A DNA stretch of 64,000 nt from Octopus vulgaris. Its lineage: Eukaryota. Below, piece by piece: positions 1 to 12,580 of this stretch. The notes below the pieces were generated by a model. It saw nothing but the letters and a program-made list of their open reading frames with translations, was not told where the DNA came from and did no database searches. Within the stretch, counting starts at the first letter, position 1. Each line of letters begins with the position of its first letter. Made by a program: the position numbers and the translations under genes. The stretch covers positions 208,444,001-208,508,000 of the forward strand of contig OX597814.1 in assembly GCA_951406725.2 (NCBI GenBank). The letters run 5' to 3'.

Positions 1-662
1 TCAGGATGTTGCACCTCACAAAAGGCACTACAAAAGAATTCAACAAAGGGTAAGACACTGTGTTAGAAAGAACCAGTGTCCAACCCATGCTAGCATGGAA
101 AATCAGCTATGATGATGATGATGATGATGATGATGACGATGATGATGATGACAATGACGATGATGATGATGATGATGATAACGTCATGTAAGTTGCCACA
201 TGTCATAATTGTTGAGTGAAATACCAAGGAGAAATGTTGAATTAGTTTTCGGTTTTATGTCAACTTACATTGTTAAAGATTTATCACTAACTTCAATAAT
301 TAGTTAGTGGTTACTAAACAGACACCTATCCATCAACAGTTCTTGTAAATAATTGGATTTTTGAACCAATCCAATTTATATTAGATTTGTATAGATCATA
401 TAAGGAAGAAAATGTCTAATATTCATATTAAAGATGAATAGTTCAAAAAGAGGAGATATTCTTTAAAATCCATACATTGCATATAATAGGAATGATTGAT
501 TTAGGAATACATTTCTTTTTGAGACTCTGGAAGCAAAAAAAAAATAATAATGATGATTCTTATTAAGTAATGATTAAGATACACCATCCATTCCTACACA
601 CACTCACAAAAACATACACACATGCATACACACACATATTACACACACCTATATATAACCAC

Positions 663-1030
663 AGGAGTGGCTGTGTGGTAAGAAACTTGCCTTCCAACCA
701 CATGGCTCTGGGTTCAGTCCCACTGTGTAGCACCTTGGGCAAGTGTCTTCTACTATAGCCTCAGGCCGATCAAAGCCTTGTGAGTGGATTTGGTAGACAG
801 AAACTGAAAGAATGCCATCATATATGTGGATATATATGTATGTATTTGTGTGTCTGTGGTTGTCCCCACACCATCACTTGACACTGATGTTGGTGTGTTT
901 ATACTAAGATTGCAAGGACCAAGAGAATAAATACTAAGATTGCAAAGAATAAGTTCTGAGGTCGATTTGTTTGACTAAAGGTGGTGCTTCAGCATAACCA
1001 CAGTCAAATGACTGAAACAAATAAAAGAAT
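663..1030 (+). mobile_element. tRNA-derived SINE family A, diverged copy
   Basis: Head aggagtggctgtgtggtaag...ggttcagtccc with Pol III A/B-box-like motifs, central TA/TG tract and tail ggtgcttcagcataaccacagtcaaatgactgaaac; homologous to many copies in the window. Confidence 0.85.
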
Positions 1031-1057
1031 ATATATGTATATAGTTCAATAGTGATA

Positions 1058-1570
1058 CATCAAGAAGATTGCCTCAATGAAACACTTGAGCTACTCAGAA
1101 AGACTGAAAGAATTACAATTCTTCTCTCTGGAATGAAGGCAGGAAAGACATGTGGTGATATACATATGGAAGAGCCTAGAGGGGCTGGCACCAAATTTTG
1201 GTATTGAGATTTATACCAGCCTCTGAACAGGATGCCATTGCACTGTCCCAAAGGACCCACTCATCCTAGCTGGAACCAGGTGCTACAATAGCTTGGGATT
1301 CAAAGGCCCACAGCTATTTAATATATTACCAAAAGAACCTGAGAGATCTACTTGGAGTCAGGATTAGATGTTTTCAAGAAGTAACATGACTTTCTTCTGT
1401 CCAAGACTTCAGATGAACATTACATCACAATAAGAAACTTAAACAAGAGCAGCAATATCAAACTTCCTCATCCACCAAAAGTCAACTACATAGGAATGGC
1501 CATTGAAAAGGTGATCATTCTGGTAGTGCCCCAGCATGGCCACAGCCTTTAGGCTGGGACACATAAAAGA
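1058..1570 (+). mobile_element. CR1/L2-group LINE 3' fragment, decayed ORF2 C-terminus plus 3' tail
   Basis: Translates with stops and frameshifts to KKIASMKHLSYSERLKELQFFSLE*RQER..IYIWKSLEGL..NSLGFKGPQLFNILPK..LDVFKK; ends in ggtagtgccccagcatggccacagcctttaggctg. Confidence 0.8.
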
Positions 1571-1919
1571 ATATACATGAACATGCTAATACACTCACTT
1601 TCACACTCACTAAAATCTCAATGGTTTTATCATTAGAGTTTGGTCATTTCTGATTTTTCAACAATATCTTGACCTGAAGTGTTAAGACATTCAGTCTATC
1701 ATCTTTTGATATTTATTCTTCAAAGCTTACTTTAATGTTTCTGCTTTGGCAAATATAGCATTATTTGAAATAAACTAATTTACTTGGATTAATAGATTAC
1801 TTTTAATAACATCACATGTGTTTTGGTATACACTGTATTTATCATGATTCTGAGTATATCGATTTATATTAATTTCCAATGGTAGCAGTAAAACCACAAC
1901 TCTGTGGTTTTCATATATA

Positions 1920-2082
1920 GGTGCAGGAGTGGCTGCGTGGTAAGTAGCTTGCTTACCAACCACATGGTTCCAGGTTCATTCCCACTGCATGGTGCCTTGG
2001 GCAAGTGTCTTCTACTATAGCCTCGGACCGACCAAAACCTTGTGAGTGGATTTGGTAGATGGAAACTGAAAGAAGCCTGTCG

Positions 2083-2113
<31 letters not shown>

Positions 2114-2328
2114 ATATGTTTGTGTTTGTCCCCTCAACATCACTTGACAACAAATGGTGGTGGTGGTGTGTTTATGTCCCCGTAACTTAGCGGTTTAGCA
2201 AAAGAGACCGATAGAATAAGTACTAGGCTTCCTAAGAATAAGTCCTGGGGTCGATTTGCTTGACTAAAGACGGTGCTCCAGCATGGCCACAGTCAAATGA
2301 CTGAAAGAGGTAAAAGAGAAAAGAGAGA
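1920..2328 (+). mobile_element. tRNA-derived SINE family A, full length
   Basis: Begins ggtgcaggagtggctgcgtggtaagtagcttgc, has a (TG)n core, ends cagtcaaatgactgaaagaggtaaaagag. Confidence 0.9.
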
Positions 2329-2589
2329 GATGCAGTATTGTTTTTTTGCTAGTAAAAATACACATTTTTTTTATCTCTACCTTTCAGTTTTGAGGGGTTT
2401 GTTTAGTAGTTCTTTATTGGTGTTTATCATTGACTTTTATCTTGTTTACTTTGTGTAAAGTATGTGCGGCGTAAGTTGTGTTATTGTATCATGTGGGTCA
2501 CGTAAAAAGGTTAATGAACATTAGAGATGATGACTGTTAAACAACAATGATCATAAAGAACAACCAGGAAAATATCAAGACAGTAAACA

Positions 2590-2930
2590 GAATCACCTGT
2601 CTGGTTAGCATTATCAGTAACAGTGGTGATACTGAGAGCAGCAGCATCAACCATGGAATTGGCAAAGCTATAACTGTATTCTAGACAATGTGTGCTATCT
2701 GCTCCTCCAACACTGTCAGCCTACATACAAAGATGCAGCTCTATAATAGCATAGTTGTAACAACAGTTCTTTATGCTAATAAGACATGGATGAACATTGT
2801 GAAGATTAACAGAAATCTAGATATGCTCCACAAAAATGCTTGAGAAGGATTCTAAGAACATACTGGCAAGACTACATAACCAATAAAACCATTCTAAAGA
2901 GAGCCAGCACAAGAACTCTTAGTGAAATCT
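2590..2930 (+). mobile_element. RTE-clade LINE ORF2 remnant (post-RT region)
   Basis: INHGIGKAITVF*..SLHTKMQLYNSIVVTTVLYANKTW..LDMLHK/CLRRILRTYWQDYITNKTILKRA, a typical RTE C-terminal motif series, now disrupted. Confidence 0.8.
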
Positions 2931-3329
2931 AGTTGCTACCCAGTGTGCTCAAGAACACAGAAGGAAGTGAAACTGAAACTAAATGTTGAGAGGATTGTAT
3001 TATTGATACTTAAAGCATCTTGTATTTAGTTTTTTTTTGCAGGGAGATTGTGCAAAGTTAATAGCCCTGGTACTGTAGTTATGGATTTATTTATACTATT
3101 CTCTATCATGTGTAGAGTACTAAGAATTATTGGAATCAGTTTTAATCTCGAGCAATACATCTCTGTTATTTCGTTTTCAAGAGCCTTGTTCTTCAAACCC
3201 TTCCTAACTTTCTTCATGGAGACTATTTATTATGAAGGATGCACATTTATTATGAAGGAAGGCACAGTGTGAATTTCATTGACTTTATGTTTTACAAATA
3301 ATCTGAATTGTCATTCTTATGTTAGAAAC

Positions 3330-3346
3330 TATCATCATCATCATCA

Positions 3347-3430
<84 letters not shown>

Positions 3431-3462
3431 CGTCATCATTATCATTATTATTATCGTCATCA

Positions 3463-3502
<40 letters not shown>

Positions 3503-3545
3503 CATTATTATTATTATTATCATTATTATTTTTATTATTATTATT
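3330..3545. repeat. (ATT)n/(ATC)n microsatellite; a second (ATT)n tract lies at ~3645-3740
   Basis: Seen directly; it explains the poly-I and poly-L ORFs. Confidence 0.95.
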
Positions 3546-3663
3546 CAGTAGTTTTATTTCTATAGCGTGCTTTCACTTCACTACTGAGTGCTGTGATTTG
3601 TTGTGATGCTCTGATGGTTACTATATTGAAAGTGTTTTGCATATATTATTTTTATTATTTTTA

Positions 3664-3743
<80 letters not shown>

Positions 3744-4119
3744 ATGGTGGAATTCACAAGCTCATAAAGGACACAACTCATTGTAATTCAGTATTCAGTT
3801 GCTGAGTTAAAATCTCATTAGGGTTCATTTATTCATTATATTTCCTAGATTTATAAAATAAGAACTAGAGCTGAACTAGTTGACTCCAATCTACCACCAT
3901 TGATTAGAGAAGATGTCAGCTATGGTGTTTACCAAGAATGCTGTCATTATTTTGCAAAAATACTGAATTACTGAAAACACAATTGTAATTTCTAAGTGGT
4001 AGACATGGTTGTGTGTATGAAAGTGTATATACCTGTGTTTTACCTGATATACATATTATTGAAAACAGTTTTTCACTAAACAGTGAGAGATCTTCACCTA
4101 GAATAGTCACAATCTCTGT

Positions 4120-4330
4120 TACGAGTCTGATCTTAGACTGTGTGCAGCTCTACCAGTTCCTCCTTCATAGTCCTCGACCAGGTCCTGACAGGCCTTCCTC
4201 ATCTCCTACACCTCTACCATTGGCTTCCCTTAAGGAATGGCTCCCACTGATCTCTTCATGGTTGAGCATCTTTTGACGTGTCACTGTGATACTATCCTAT
4301 AGGTTACTCAGCTCAGCACTTTCTATGACC
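4120..4330 (-). mobile_element. Decayed RTE-type LINE C-terminal fragment
   Basis: Minus strand reads ..GRPVRTWSRTMKEELVEL.., similar to the RTE GRPKKTW motif. Confidence 0.5.
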
Positions 4331-4344
4331 AGTTCATTCATGAT

Positions 4345-4509
4345 CATCATCATCAGCATCATCATTTAACGTCTGCTTTCCATGCTAGCATGGGTTGGAC
4401 GATTTCAACTGAGGTCTGGGGAAAGCAGATGGTTGCAGCAGGCTCCAATCTTGATCTGGCAGATTGGAGCCTGGTGCAGCCATCTGGTTCGCCAGCCCTC
4501 AGTCGAAAT
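4345..4509 (-). mobile_element. (GAT)n-tailed retroposon (family G) with 5' fold-back duplication
   Basis: Starts catcatttaacgtctgctttccatgctagcatgggttggac; inverted copy at 4461-4509. Confidence 0.8.
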
Positions 4510-5251
4510 GATGTGTAAAGAAATTCTTTTGAAAAACACCTATAGTTCTATAGATTCTGCTGCTCCTTTTGGCATGTTCCATAGGTGTAAGTCAGTGTTG
4601 GTATGACAATATATGTTTATACATGGAATTTTGGTACCTCGTTCAATGTGGAGTTGGACCAACTGACTTCAGGCACTGAAAGACAGCTTTAGCTTTGCTG
4701 AGTCCCTTCTCCACATCCCTTTACTTGATAATTCTATGACATTTTTGTATATATTACCTGTGAGGTATGCCTTGACTATCCCTGCCAGTATATCCCTTTC
4801 ATGAAAAATGTAACCTTGTGGCAATGTCAGAAACAATAAGGATGATTATAATCATCATTATTAATCATAATTATTAATGATAATTATCATTGTTATTGTT
4901 ATTGTTATCAAACAGTGATGTGTTACCAAAACGCAAATTTTTAGACTTTCTTGTTTTCTTTGGCCCTTTTCCAAGCAGTAACATTTCTTATTTCCTTTAA
5001 AAAACATTTAATTGTAGTTAAGTTTCATAGGGTAAAAGCTAGTCAATTTTCTGAATTATAAATATCGATTAGGTTGGTATTCATCTCTAGTTTCTGTGGC
5101 ATTAAACAAATGCCTGAATATCACTCTCTTTGGACAAGTTGTTGGTCTCTTGCAGAATACTTTCCTATTATTTTCCCATGGGAAGCATTTTTTGTTGGCA
5201 CCGTAAAACAACAAATCCTTCAGACTCCTCTGCAGTGCTGCCATTATTGGT

Positions 5252-5621
5252 ACTCTCTTTACTTTTTTACTTGTTTCAGTCATTTGACTGTGGCCATGCT
5301 GGAGCATCGCCTTTAGTAGAGCAACTCGACCCCAGTACTTATTCTTTGTAAGCCCAGTACTTATTCTATCGGTCTCTATTGCCGAACCAGCATCGGTTGT
5401 CAAGCAATGCTAGGGGGACAAACACAGACACACACATACACACATATATACATATATACGACAGGCTTCTTTCAGTTTCCGTCTACCAAATCCACTCACA
5501 AGGCATTAGTCGGCCCAGGGCTATAGCACAAGACACTTGCCCAAGGTGCCACGCAGTGGGACTGAACCCGGAACCATGTGGTTGGTTAGCAAGCTACTTA
5601 CCACACAGCCACTCCTGCGCC
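5252..5621 (-). mobile_element. SINE family A with internal deletion
   Basis: Reverse complement of family A; ~30 bp missing between gccgaacc and agcatcgg. Confidence 0.9.
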
Positions 5622-6101
5622 TATAGTGTTGGTAGTGTTGTTTAGCCACAAGTCAACCCTGATCAAGCAAATTTATGAGTAAAGCTGTTTACAGCCACGA
5701 TCATTATGTCTTTTTGTTTCCAGCCATGATGTATCTTGGATAACATTATCCAATATGTCCTTTTTATAAATCTGTGAATGTAGGAGTATGAGTCGGGGAA
5801 GAAAGGCCACTATTTTTACAAGGTTGGGCATCTATTTTTACCAGGATGGTCCTCACTTAAGCTCCTAGTGTTTACAGTTGCTTCCAAGGGTAAGGCATTC
5901 CATTGTTAAGCATTTATGTAGATTGTGGATCTGATAGTTAAGTGTGTTGGCCATGGATCCATGGCAATGAAAGACCTCCAGAACATTGAGTTACTGATCA
6001 CTCAGCTGATTATCTGACACACTGTAGACTTGGTTAATTATCATTTCTACAGAAGCTTAAAAACAAACGGAATTTAATTCACATTTTATTTCTTTTCAAA
6101 A

Positions 6102-6715
6102 TCATCATCATCGTTTAACGTCCGTTTTCCGCGTTAGCACAGGTTGGACGTTTCGACCGGGGTCTGGGAAGCCAGGGGCTGCACCAGGCTCCAGTCTGAT
6201 CTGGCAGTGTTTCTACAGCTGGATGCCCTTCCTAATAATAATGTTCGTCCTTCGGTTTGAAGATGACTAACTGACATCATCTGATGGAACTGCCGCCATG
6301 AGACCTGAGGTGGCTGGTGAGGCCAATCCGGGCAAGGAAGCCCCTCCCACAGGTGGGGCAGAAGTGGGTAGGGGCCGTGCTACTGGTGCAGGCGGCTCTG
6401 GCTTTACGCATCTGACGTTTCTGCTCCGCTGACCGAATCCGTCCCTCCTCGGCTGTCCCTGCTCCCACGGTGATTGCGCTGCGCCAGGATGAGTGGTTGG
6501 CAGCAAGTGTCTCCCAGGTCTCTGTTCCGATGGAGAAGTCTTTGAAAGAGACCTTGAGACTATCCTTGTAGCGCTTCTTCTGCCCTTCCTAACGCCAACC
6601 ACTCTGCGAATGTAGTGGGTGCTTTTTACGTGCCACCGGCACAGGTGCCAGGGGAGTCTGGCATCCGCCACAATCGGTTGGTGCTTTTAATGTGCCACCG
6701 GCACGGAAGCCAGTA
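6102..6715 (-). mobile_element. Family G retroposon interrupted by an RTE insertion
   Basis: Starts catcatcatcgtttaacgtccg...ggatgcccttcctaa and resumes at 6581. Confidence 0.85.
6236..6580 (-). mobile_element. 5'-truncated RTE/BovB-like LINE with C-terminal C2H2 finger and 12-bp TSD
   Basis: Open frame KKRYKDSLKVSFKDFSIGTETWETLAANHSSWRSAI...HFCPTCGRGFLARIGLTSHLRSH; TSD tgcccttcctaa at 6224-6235 and 6581-6592; short (ATT)n tail. Confidence 0.9.
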
Positions 6716-7439
6716 AAAAATTGTCTTTGGAATTAAAAGGGTATCAACTTACGCAAACTTTCAAAATTAACATTATAGCAACAAACAAATTTCAATGATA
6801 AATTGCATCACACTACTCCATCATAAGTAATACATATGAAATAGCAATGTAAGCAGTCAAGTGATTCTGTTTTCTTTTACAAAAGGTCATCAGAATGACA
6901 ATATCAGCAGTAAACTTCTCATAAAGTTTATGAGATATACATATGCAAATACCATATGTAAAACAAAAGCAAAAAAAAAGGCCTACACATATATACATAC
7001 ACATACACTTACAGAACCCCCCCCCAAAAAAAAAAAAACGAAACCAAGAAACTTGCTAGAAGTTTCTACATGCACCAAAATAGACTCCTCAGTTTCAGCC
7101 TAACAATAAACAGGAAATGCATGAAGACTTAAGCCAGCATCATAGTTCTTTGATAAGATGCTCAATAAAACATCTAGAGAGGCTATTCACTAAATCTAAT
7201 TAACATTGAGTGTTTTGTAAATTAAAGAACAGGTAGTAAAATATTCAGGTGTAAACAGATCCATGCTAATGTTTTCATAAATTCTTGCCAGATATTTTTT
7301 GCTCTTATTTCCTTCAATTTTTTTCATCTTTTCCAACATCATCATCATCTTCTACCTTCCTTTTCTTAATGTTTTGTTTTTAAAATGCTTTTCATCTTCT
7401 AACTTTTCATCCACCACCACCACCACCACCACCACCCAC

Positions 7440-7815
<376 letters not shown>

Positions 7816-8327
7816 ATAATTTATCATCTATCCCTGTATCTTCTCCCATCCTCACATTCCCCAGTATACTTTTTCATTCTTCCCCTTCGTCCCACTTTCC
7901 CCACTTCTAAACCTCTTTTCCACCTCGTCTTCCCTCACTTCCTCTTCTTACCCCTATTTCTTGCTTCCCTCAACGCCCTCCTCCTCCTCCATCTTTCTTA
8001 CCTCCACAATTTCTGCCCCCCAATAACATTTCATTCGTTCTCACTTACTCTCTCTGCTGCCCCCTTTCACACCCTTCTCCTCCTTCCGCTCTATCCCTCA
8101 CTTCCTTCACCCCCTCCCTCCACCAGTTCATCTTTCACCTCTCATCTTTAACAAACTAGATATATTTCCATAGATATACCAATTCCACGAAAAAAAACAA
8201 TAAATACCAAAGTATAGTAAACAAAAACACAAACAAGAAAAGTTATTTCCAGAGAAAACTGCTGATCATTATACCTTTTAATAGTAATGTCACGTAGGGG
8301 GCGTTCTGTTTAGTGTCTGTTGAAACT

Positions 8328-9239
8328 GATGTGATTTATGGTCAATTCAAACATTTGCAGGTCTACATTTGCAAGAAAGACATTGGCAGAGAGAAAATTC
8401 CAGTAGGATGATGTCTTAGAGAGGAAAGACTGGCAGCAGTGGTTAATGCGAGCGTTTTATACTCTTTTACTCTTTTACCTGTTTCAGTCATTTGACTGCG
8501 ACCATGCTGGAGCACTGCCTTTTAGTCGAGCAAATCGACCCCGGGACTTATTCTTTTGTAAGCCCAGTACTTATTCTATCGGTCTCCTTTGCCGAACCAC
8601 TAAGTGACGGGGACGTAAACACACCAGCATCGATGTGATTTATGGTCAATTCAAACATTTGCAGGTCTACATTTGCAAGAAAGACATTGGCAGAGAGAAA
8701 ATTCCAGTAGGATGATGTCTTAGAGAGGAAAGATTGGCAGCAGTGGTTAATGCAAGTGTTTTATACTCTTTTACTCTTTTACCTGTTTCAGTCATTTGAC
8801 TGCGGCCATGCTGGAGCACCGCCTTTTAGTCGAGCAAATCGACCCCGGGACTTATTCTTTTGTAAGCCCAGTACTTATTCTATCGGTCTCCTTTGCCGAA
8901 CCACTAAGTGACGGGGACGTAAACACACCAGCATCGATGTGATTTATGGTCAATTCAAACATTTGCAGGTCTACATTTGCAAGAAAGACATTGGCAGAGA
9001 GAAAATTCCAGTAGGATGATGTCTTAGAGAGGAAAGACTGGCAGCAGTGGTTAATGCGAGCGTTTTAGTCTTTTACTCTTTTACTTGTTTCAGTCATTTG
9101 ACTGCGGCCATGCTGGAGCACCGCCTTTTAGTCGAGCAAATCGACCCCGGGACTTATTCTTTTGTAAGCCCAGTACTTATTCTATCGGTCTCCTTTGCCG
9201 AACCACTAAGTGACGGGGACGTAAACACACCAGCATCGG
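8328..9239. repeat. Three tandem 304-bp units, each ~130 bp unique flank plus the SINE A 3' end
   Basis: gatgtgatttatggtcaattc recurs at 8328, 8632 and 8936; the units are near-identical. Confidence 0.95.
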
Positions 9240-9278
9240 TTGTCAAGCAATGCTAGGAGGACAAACACAGACACACAA

Positions 9279-9322
<44 letters not shown>

Positions 9323-9408
9323 TTATTTTTATAAAATAAATTAATTTACTCTGCAATGTATTGAGTACCTTATTTACTGTGGTTAACCCCGACTCAACCC
9401 GGGACCTA

Positions 9409-9461
<53 letters not shown>

Positions 9462-9622
9462 TACAGGCTTCTTTCAGTTTCCGTCTACCAAATCCACTCA
9501 CAAGGCATTGGTCGGCCCGGGGCTATAGCAGAAGACACTTGCCCAAGCTGCCATGCAGTGGGACTGAACCCGGAACCATGTGGTTGGTAAGCAAACTACT
9601 TACCACACAGCCACTCCTGCGC
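9069..9622 (-). mobile_element. SINE family A with an ~88-bp insertion in its (TA)n core
   Basis: Reverse complement of family A; non-family sequence at 9323-9410 lies between two (TA)n tracts. Confidence 0.9.
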
Positions 9623-9846
9623 CATGTTAATTAGCATGGTTTTTCTTTTTATATCCTTTATATGTTCACATTTCTGCACAGGCATGCTTCCATGGTCCAA
9701 GATGCTGTGCGGTTCCACTACATAGCATCTTGGACAAGTGTCTGTGATTATAGTCCTGGGTTAACCAATGCTTACATGACTAAATTTGGTAGTCTGAAAC
9801 TGTATGGAAGCCCACTGCATGTATGTTTTTGTGTGTGTATGTATAT

Positions 9847-9887
<41 letters not shown>

Positions 9888-9944
9888 CATATAAATATAT
9901 CTATATATGCATATATATATATATGCACATGTATATAAAGGCAA

Positions 9945-10272
9945 AGACTCTCGTCTCCTTTGGTCATGAATGACCAAAGGATTGCCCCTAGAAAGTTCCC
10001 CTTCGGGGTACAAGTCCGGGTAAGGTTGTTTATAGAAGACCAGCGGTCACTCATACATACCAGCCTCCCCTTTTCACATCACTGATGTTATCCAAGGGAA
10101 AGGCAAAGGCCAATACAACTTGGCATCAGTGATGTCACAACTCATTTCTACCCTGGAGCAATGCAAAATAAAGTGTCTTGCTCAAAAACACGACACAGCT
10201 CAGTCCAGGAATCAAACTCATTACCTCATGATTGTGAGGCCAATGCTGTAACCACTGAGCCATGTACCTTCA
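9945..10272 (-). mobile_element. tRNA-derived SINE family D; a second copy lies at ~59610-59915
   Basis: Minus-strand head catggctcagtggttacagcattggcctcacaatcatgagg...gagtttgattcc; the body is shared with 59610-59915. Confidence 0.7.
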
Positions 10273-11217
10273 CATACATTTCTCATGTTGACAATTAATT
10301 TATATTGTCAGTGAGTGCACTGTTAAACAAACAAGACTACTAATCTCTCTCTGGTCAGAAGATAGGTATTATTTCACTGATAAGAGTCTATGAAGAGCAG
10401 AAACTAGTCAAACTGATTCCATATTTTTTTGTTTTGCCCATTGAGCAATTAAACTTCTGTTGTAACCTGTTTATTTACTGTTCACAGTGAGGCAAAAATT
10501 CTATGCTTACTAAAATAGACATTTGAAATTAAGAATATATAATATTTTTTTCCAATGTTTCTCAACTAACTTTTCTTCAAACTCCTGATTCTGCAAGAAG
10601 CCACCAGTGGCTTCCAATGAATAGATAAGTTTAATTATATGCAATGAATTATTCAGTAATTTTTGTGTTTATTATACATGCATGGAATATTGCTTAAGGT
10701 CAGAAAATCCTGTTATCTGCAGGTAGTAAGGAAATCCCACAGGAAAAAAAAAAACTCTTAATAGAGACTTGGTGGGGAATTTGGTCTAAATAATGTCTTG
10801 GTTAAGATGAAATTTCTTATATATTCTTTATGGCATCAGATAGATTTAGCACTGCCAAGCATTTTAATGATAGGTTTAAAATTTGTTTAAACTTTTATAA
10901 AATTAAACTTCATGAAACTGAAAAAAAAAGGTTAATAAATTATATAATCGCTTTCATATAAGGTAAATAGCATTCTGTATATCATATATAATATAGATAT
11001 ACTGTTGAAAGCTTGAAAACTGTAGTATTTGTCTTGAGAAAGTATCTCATGTAAATGCAGTGTTAAAAAGTCACCCAATGGTAATTCTACTATTTTTGAA
11101 CAACTATTTCTTCTGTTGCTCATAAAGAATTTTTATTATTAGGGTTTCCTGAGATATGGAATGTATTTCCATGTTTCTCCAACAGTAAAAGTATAGGGAA
11201 ACACTCGTTTATACAGT

Positions 11218-11602
11218 GGAAGCACTCCGTCGGTTACGAAGACGAGGGTTCCGGTTGATCTGATCAACGGAACAGCCTGCTCATGAAATTAACGTGTAAG
11301 TGGCTGAGCACTCCACAGACATGTGTACCCTTAATGTAGTTCTCGGGGATATTCAGCATGACACAGAGAGTGACAAGGCCGGCCCTTTGAAATACAGGTA
11401 CAACAGAAACAGGAAGTAAGAGTGAGAGAAAGTTGTGGTGAAAGAGTACAGCAGGGACCACCACCTTCCCTGCCGGAGCCTCATGGAGCTTTAGGTATTT
11501 TCGCTCAATAAACACTCACAACGCCTGGTCTGGGAATCGAAATCGCAATCCTATGACCGCGAGTTCGCTGCCCTAACCAGTGGGCCATTGCGCCTCCACA
11601 CG
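11218..11602 (-). mobile_element. tRNA(Arg)-like SINE family B with TSD
   Basis: Reverse complement of 39620-40002; flanked by gtttatacagt at 11207-11217 and 11603-11613. Confidence 0.9.
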
Positions 11603-12119
11603 GTTTATACAGTAAAATATGAGTGGTATATAGTGTAAATATACTTATAATATTTAATATTATCACAAAATATTAACAAAATAAAAGTCAATATAACTGT
11701 GAGTATGCTTTAATGGTTAGCACAACTTTATCACAATGCAATTGTTTTAGTTTCAATACAACACATTATAGGACAAAATCAATTGCCAGATAAATGCAAC
11801 TTGGGAATATTTGTTTATCTATTGAAAACACATCTAATGTGTGAGATCCAACAATAAGTGTATATTTAGTTAGTATGCAGAGTGTTCCCTTGTGTTACTT
11901 TCCCCTTGATCATACATCATTAAAATCCAAAGATCAGTGGGAGCAATGTTTGACTGAGATGGATAAGGTGGCATCAGAATGCTGAGAGATTGTTTGACTG
12001 CATGCGGTGTGCATATGCATGTAGGGTGGGCAGAGGGAGCAGATAAAAGAAACATTTGAAAAGAACTAGTTTCGTTTTGGTCTTTTTAAAATTTTTGCCT
12101 TTAAGTTTCTATTTATATA

Positions 12120-12177
<58 letters not shown>

Positions 12178-12179
12178 TA

Positions 12180-12348
12180 CAGGAGTGGCTGTGTGGTAAG
12201 TAGCTTGCTTACCAACCACATGGTTCTAGGTTCAGTCCCACTGCGTAGCATCTTGGGCAAGTGTCTTCTGCTATAGCCCCGGGCCAACCAATGCCTTGTG
12301 AGTGGATTTGGTAGACAGAAACTGAAAGAAGCCTGTCGTATATATATG

Positions 12349-12379
<31 letters not shown>

Positions 12380-12580
12380 TTGTCCCCCTAGCATTGCTTG
12401 ACAACCGATGCTGGTGTGTTTACGTCCCCGTCACTTAGCAGTTCGGCAAAAGAGACCGATAGAATAAGTAGTGGGCTTACAAGAGAATAAGTCCCGGGGT
12501 CGATTTGTTCGACTAAAGGCGGTGCTCCAGCATGGCCACAGTCAAATGACTGAAACAAGTAAAAGAGAGAGTAAAAGAGT
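12180..12580 (+). mobile_element. SINE family A
   Basis: Head, central TA/TG tract and tail are all present. Confidence 0.9.

Noticed and set aside
3279-3781. Poly-Ile and poly-Leu ORFs; similarly 7299-7910, 23730-24178, 25332-25880, 53662-55509, 55831-56142 and 58764-59078
   Set aside because: They are translations of stop-free microsatellites or minisatellites, with no coding evidence.
5379-5645. Recurrent ORFs such as ...[15 protein letters not shown]...PEPCGW and ...FSHLTAAMLEHRL
   Set aside because: These are antisense readings of SINE family A, not a gene family.
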